NCBI GenBank assembly: GCA_017480395.1
Contig: JAFVAS010000311.1
Coordinates: forward strand, 1 to 26,705
DNA: 26,705 nt
Direction of reading: 5' to 3'
Source of the DNA: Oscillospiraceae bacterium
GTDB lineage: Bacteria > Bacillota > Clostridia > Oscillospirales > Oscillospiraceae
Numbering within the stretch: position 1 is the first letter of the stretch; every line of letters begins with the position of its first letter. Positions 22,941 to 26,705 of this stretch are shown here, piece by piece. Both the position numbers and the translations under genes were made by a program. The notes under the pieces are model-generated. The model was not told the origin of the DNA and did not search any database. It saw nothing but the letters and a program-made list of their open reading frames with translations.

Positions 22941-23696
22941 TCAAATGCAGCTGCCCTTGTCGATGACAAGGATCTGTCCGTTGATATATCTGGCCTCATC
23001 CGAGGCGAAGAAGGCGATGGCGTTGGCCATGTCCACCGGTTCGCTCATGCCGCAGGTCATGTCGGAGTGACGCCCCGCGATCTCCAGCATCTCCATGTCC
23101 ATCTCCTGTCCGGGGGCCAGCATCGGCGTATCCGTGGGGCCGGGGCAGACCGCGTTGCAGCGGATTCCCGTTCCGGCGTACTGCACACCGATGTTCTTGG
23201 TCAGGCCGATCACGGCGGCCTTGGCCGCAGAATAGGCCGCTCCGGCGATGGAATAGACTCCGCCGATGGAGGAGAGGTTGACGATGGAGCCGCTGCCCTG
23301 CTGGGTCATGACCTTCAGCACCGCTCGGCAAAACCGGAACTGGGCCGTCTCGTTGACGGCGACGACCTGATCCCACAGCTCATCCGTGGTGCGAACCGTG
23401 GCCATGCTGCGGTCTCCGATCCCGGCATTATTGACCAGAATGTCCACCCGGCCAAAGGTCTGCACCGCCTGGGCGACCACCTCATCCGGGAAGTCGGGGG
23501 CGGTCACGTCTCCCGCAACCACCAGCACCTCTCCCCCGGCGCCGCGCAGCTCGTCGGCCAGCTCCTCCAGCTTTTCCCGGCGGCGGGCGACGATGACCAC
23601 GGCGGCGCCCTGTTTGACGAACACCCGGGCCGTTTCACTCCCGATTCCGGAGCTGCACCCGGTGATGAGTGCGGTCTTTCCGCTTAAATCAATCAT
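22941..23696 (-). CDS. Classical SDR oxidoreductase, NADP(H)-type fingerprint (251 aa)
   Basis: TGCSSGIG, basic end of beta-2 (VARRR), NNAG, catalytic YSAAK, GIRCNAVCPG. Confidence 0.93.
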   Translation of the reverse strand: MIDLSGKTALITGCSSGIGSETARVFVKQGAAVVIVARRREKLEELADELRGAGGEVLVVAGDVTAPDFPDEVVAQAVQTFGRVDILVNNAGIGDRSMATVRTTDELWDQVVAVNETAQFRFCRAVLKVMTQQGSGSIVNLSSIGGVYSIAGAAYSAAKAAVIGLTKNIGVQYAGTGIRCNAVCPGPTDTPMLAPGQEMDMEMLEIAGRHSDMTCGMSEPVDMANAIAFFASDEARYINGQILVIDKGSCI

Positions 23697-23710
23697 ATGA
23701 TACCTGCCTT

Positions 23711-25222
23711 TCAGCCCAGAATGGCCTTCGCCGCGTTCTCGCCCGCAGCATAGCCGGAATAGGTGACATAGCTCATCTCGGAACCGAAGAATCCGTAGTT
23801 CCGGCCCATCCAGCCGCCGGACACGATGCCCGCCGCATACAGGTTGGGAATGGGCCTGCTGTCCTTTTTGATGACCTTCTGGTTGTGATCCACCCGCAGA
23901 CCACCGATGGGGGTGTCGATGCCCTGGTGACCCACCATGACGTACATGGGGAACTCGGTGAGGGGGAACAGATACTCCTTTTCCTTCAGGAACTCCTCGT
24001 CATAGCCCTGCTCACAGTACCGGTTATAGTCCTCGATGGTGGTGCGGATCGCCTCCTCGGTGCAGCCGATGGCCTGGGCCATCTCGGCATAGCTGCCGCA
24101 CTTGATGATGCGCCCGGCGGCGATCTCCTTCTCAATGTCCTCCTCGATGTGATCCAGCCACTTGGTGGGGTTGACCCGATCCAGGCTCTTGGCGTCGTCC
24201 TTGCCGTAGTCATCCTTGATATTGGTGTGGCCGGTGCCGTGGATCATCTCCAGGGGGTAGTAATTCTTCTTGTTCTCCAGCCAATAGCGCAGCAGAGAGG
24301 TATCCATGATGCCATAGCACATCTTGTCCGGCTGCCGGTTCAGGGAGACGGCCAGCGTCCAGCCCCACCAGCGGGTGATGATCATATCCTCGTCCACAAA
24401 GCGCTCGCCGTTCCTGTTGACCTTGATGGTGTGGGGGCGGCGCAGCAGCAGGGCGGTGCGGGGATTGCTGGGGTGATTGTGGGGGCCGATGTAGAGGTTG
24501 CCGATGGGGGTGGTGTCCGCACCCAGCTCCTCCGCCATGATGAGGCCGTCGCCGGTGTTGTGGGGCACATTCGCCATGATCCGAACGTTGCCCATGTCGC
24601 CGTCCTGGGCGTAGAACCGCTGGATCAGCTCCTGATTGGCGGAGATGGAGCCGGTGGCGATAATGACCCGCTGGGCGGTGATCTCCCACTCCTCGCCGTC
24701 CTTGTCCTCGGCCAGCACGCCGGTCACAGCCCCCGCGTCGTCGGTGATCAGGTGCTTGGCCCGGACATTGTTGACCAGCTCCACACCGGTCTCCTGGGCC
24801 TTGGCGATCAGATGGTTGACGATCTCGTTGCCGGTGGGCTTGGCGCACATGTGATAGGCGGGCAGGCCGGTGCTCCAGGGGGCGGCCTCGATGAACTCCA
24901 CCCCGGCATAGTCCTCCAGCCAGCCGATGACCTTTCCGGTGGTGGTGAGCCACTTGCGCACCAGCTTGCCGTCGGGCTCGCAGTTGGTCATGTCCATATG
25001 GTAGGTGAAGCACTCGTCGGCGGAGAGCATCTTCGCGCCGGTGCGCTTCTGCACCGGGCTGTCGCAGGAGAACACCCCCTGGGCCATACGGGTGCAGCCG
25101 CCCATTTTGGGCTGCTTATCAATCACCAGCACAGCCCTGACCCCCAGCTCCCTGGCGTGAACCGCCGCGCACAGCCCGGCGCCGGCGCCGCCGATGACGC
25201 ACAAATCAACCGTTTTTTTCAT
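23711..25222 (-). CDS. Cytoplasmic FAD-dependent oxidoreductase, FAD_binding_2 (fumarate reductase / ketosteroid dehydrogenase-like) family, 503 aa
   Basis: IGGAGAGL, GG.T....G, VIIATG, NTGDG..MA, N.NGERF.DE, GGLRVD, IPNLYAAG. No signal peptide. AAGGAGG RBS. Confidence 0.88.
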   Translation of the reverse strand: MKKTVDLCVIGGAGAGLCAAVHARELGVRAVLVIDKQPKMGGCTRMAQGVFSCDSPVQKRTGAKMLSADECFTYHMDMTNCEPDGKLVRKWLTTTGKVIGWLEDYAGVEFIEAAPWSTGLPAYHMCAKPTGNEIVNHLIAKAQETGVELVNNVRAKHLITDDAGAVTGVLAEDKDGEEWEITAQRVIIATGSISANQELIQRFYAQDGDMGNVRIMANVPHNTGDGLIMAEELGADTTPIGNLYIGPHNHPSNPRTALLLRRPHTIKVNRNGERFVDEDMIITRWWGWTLAVSLNRQPDKMCYGIMDTSLLRYWLENKKNYYPLEMIHGTGHTNIKDDYGKDDAKSLDRVNPTKWLDHIEEDIEKEIAAGRIIKCGSYAEMAQAIGCTEEAIRTTIEDYNRYCEQGYDEEFLKEKEYLFPLTEFPMYVMVGHQGIDTPIGGLRVDHNQKVIKKDSRPIPNLYAAGIVSGGWMGRNYGFFGSEMSYVTYSGYAAGENAAKAILG

Positions 25223-25249
25223 AGAATTACCTCCTTACGATGGATGATG

Positions 25250-25275
25250 CGGCAGGCGGACTGCTCCGCCCGCCG
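25250..25275 (-). repeat. Intergenic 11-bp stem-loop between the OYE and flavoprotein genes
   Basis: Minus strand CGGCGGGCGGA-gcag-TCCGCCTGCCG. No U-tract. Confidence 0.55.
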
Positions 25276-25307
25276 TAAATTGACCGCAGTTCACCCCGCG
25301 AGATCGA

Positions 25308-26705
25308 TCAGATCATTCTGGCGGTGGCATAGCCGCTGCGCATGCACTGCTGGACGCTGGCGACCTTGTTGCAGTCGCCGATGACGAAGCAGCGCTCGGC
25401 GGAGTTGTAGAAGCTGTAGGCCTCCTCGGTCTTGGCCTTCATGCCGCAGGCGATGACCACCGTGTCGGCGGGGACGGTGTGGGATGCGCCGTCCTGATCG
25501 GTGTAGGTCACGCCCTCGGCGGAGATGGAGACGACCCTGGAATTCAGGGAGAAGCTGAAATTGCCGGTGGCCTCATAGCGCTGGCGCAGCAGAATGGCGA
25601 AGTGGATGGGCACGCAGTCGGGGGCCAGACGGTCCTGCATCTCGATGACGTGGGCCTTGTGGCCGTTCTCCGCCAGGTGGATGGCGGTCTCCACGCCGAT
25701 CTCGCCGCCGCCGATGACCACGACGTTGTCGCCCATTCTGGTGTGATCGTGCAGGGCGTCGATGGCGGTGACCACATTGTCGGCCTCCACGCCAGGGAAG
25801 GCCGGAATGATGGGCTCGGCACCGATGGCGGGAACCACCACGTCAAAGTTGGCATTCTCGATCAGCTCCGGGGTGGCGGCGGTGTTCAGCACCACGTTGA
25901 TGCTGGGGTTCTTCTCCACCAGATGCACCATGCGATCCCGGAATTTTTTCAGTGTCCACTTGGTGTCGGGGATGCCGGCGTCGTTGAGCAGGCCGCCGAT
26001 GCTGGCATCCCTCTCATAGATCGTGACATAGTGGCCGCGCTGCGCCGCGTCCAGGGCAACCTTCATGCCGGCAGGGCCGCCGCCGATGACGGCCACCTTC
26101 TTGGGGGTCGTGGCCGGAGGCACCATGTGCACCAGGCGGTGCTGGATGCCAAACTCGGGGTTGACGGAGCAGACGCTGTTCCAGTCGTCAAACTTCGCCT
26201 GGTGGCACTTGTTACAGCGCAGGCAGGGGATGATCTCGTCCGCCCGACCGGTCTGGGCCTTGACGGGCCAATCCGGGTCGGCGATGAAGGCCCGGGCCGC
26301 GCCGATCAGGTCACACTCGCCGTTGGCGATCATCTCGTCCAGCACCTCGGGATCCTGGGCGCCGCCCATCAGCGTGACCTTGGTGCTGACGCCCAGGGCG
26401 CGGACGCCCTCGGTGATGCGCCGGGTGGCCTCCCGGTGGGGAATCTCCACGGGATTCAGATAGGTGGGCTGGGAGGAGTCGATGAAGGTACCGCGGATCT
26501 GGATGATGTCCACCAGGCCGTCATACTCCTTGGCCAGCTGGATGGTGTCCTCGATGGTGACGCCGGGGGTCAGCTCGGGCTCCTCGCCGGAGCAGCTGAA
26601 CTCCAGCAGGAAGTCCTTGCCGCAGCGATCCTTGATCTTGCGGGCGATCATCAGGGGGAACTGGGCCCGGCCGTGGACGTCGCCGCCAAAGGCGTCGGTG
26701 CGGCG
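25308..26705 (-). CDS. NADH:flavin oxidoreductase, OYE / 2,4-dienoyl-CoA reductase / BaiCD-BaiH-type; 5' part lies outside the window
   Basis: The frame stays open to the edge (RRTDAFGGDVHGRAQF = R.D.YGG...NR.RF motif). GAARAFIADPDWP; [4Fe-4S] motif CLRCNKC...C.VN; FAD motif VIGGGPAG; NAD motif VIGGGEIG. Confidence 0.92.
   Translation of the reverse strand, partial: RRTDAFGGDVHGRAQFPLMIARKIKDRCGKDFLLEFSCSGEEPELTPGVTIEDTIQLAKEYDGLVDIIQIRGTFIDSSQPTYLNPVEIPHREATRRITEGVRALGVSTKVTLMGGAQDPEVLDEMIANGECDLIGAARAFIADPDWPVKAQTGRADEIIPCLRCNKCHQAKFDDWNSVCSVNPEFGIQHRLVHMVPPATTPKKVAVIGGGPAGMKVALDAAQRGHYVTIYERDASIGGLLNDAGIPDTKWTLKKFRDRMVHLVEKNPSINVVLNTAATPELIENANFDVVVPAIGAEPIIPAFPGVEADNVVTAIDALHDHTRMGDNVVVIGGGEIGVETAIHLAENGHKAHVIEMQDRLAPDCVPIHFAILLRQRYEATGNFSFSLNSRVVSISAEGVTYTDQDGASHTVPADTVVIACGMKAKTEEAYSFYNSAERCFVIGDCNKVASVQQCMRSGYATARMI

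Noticed and set aside
11965-25384. Other long antisense ORFs (11965-13521, 15471-16673, 17809-19197, 19329-20240, 20329-21294, 22092-23687, 23669-25384)
   Set aside because: Each mirrors a confidently identified gene on the opposite strand. The composition is shadow-like.
22131-26705. Naming these genes baiA/baiCD/baiH/baiJ
   Set aside because: Only family-level motifs are recognisable. No baiB, baiE or baiG is present in the window, so orthology cannot be claimed.
1-26705. CRISPR arrays, tRNA/rRNA genes, transposases, integrases, prophage genes
   Set aside because: No regularly spaced repeats, RNA-gene signatures or mobile-element proteins were seen.

Overview
GC-rich window, most likely from an anaerobic Clostridia/Oscillospiraceae-like Firmicute (inferred from gene content, sigma-A promoters and GGAGG RBSs). 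No rRNA, tRNA, CRISPR or mobile-element genes are visible. Block 1 (1-10212, minus strand) is a >=12-gene sulfate assimilation operon: sbp-cysT-cysW-cysA-aprA-aprB-cysD-cysN-small sulfite reductase-TusA-ThiS-ThiF(partial). It is preceded by a sigma-A promoter, an unannotated 34-codon Cys/Met-rich leader ORF (9 Cys, 6 Met), and mutually exclusive antiterminator/terminator hairpins, i.e. a candidate ribosome-mediated sulfur-amino-acid attenuator. Block 2 (10494-14066) holds a PaxB/Pyr4-like membrane protein with a divergent TetR regulator, a cardiolipin synthase and a second TetR. Block 3 (14226-26705) is a putative catabolic region: HdeD-like protein, zinc-ribbon/carboxylesterase fusion, AEC transporter, CoA-transferase, LysR, a 6-oxocamphor-hydrolase-like crotonase, DUF2500-like protein, two tandem SDRs with opposite cofactor fingerprints, a FAD_binding_2 flavoprotein and a partial OYE/BaiCD-type oxidoreductase. 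All family calls come from motif recognition by eye; no searches or folding programs were run.
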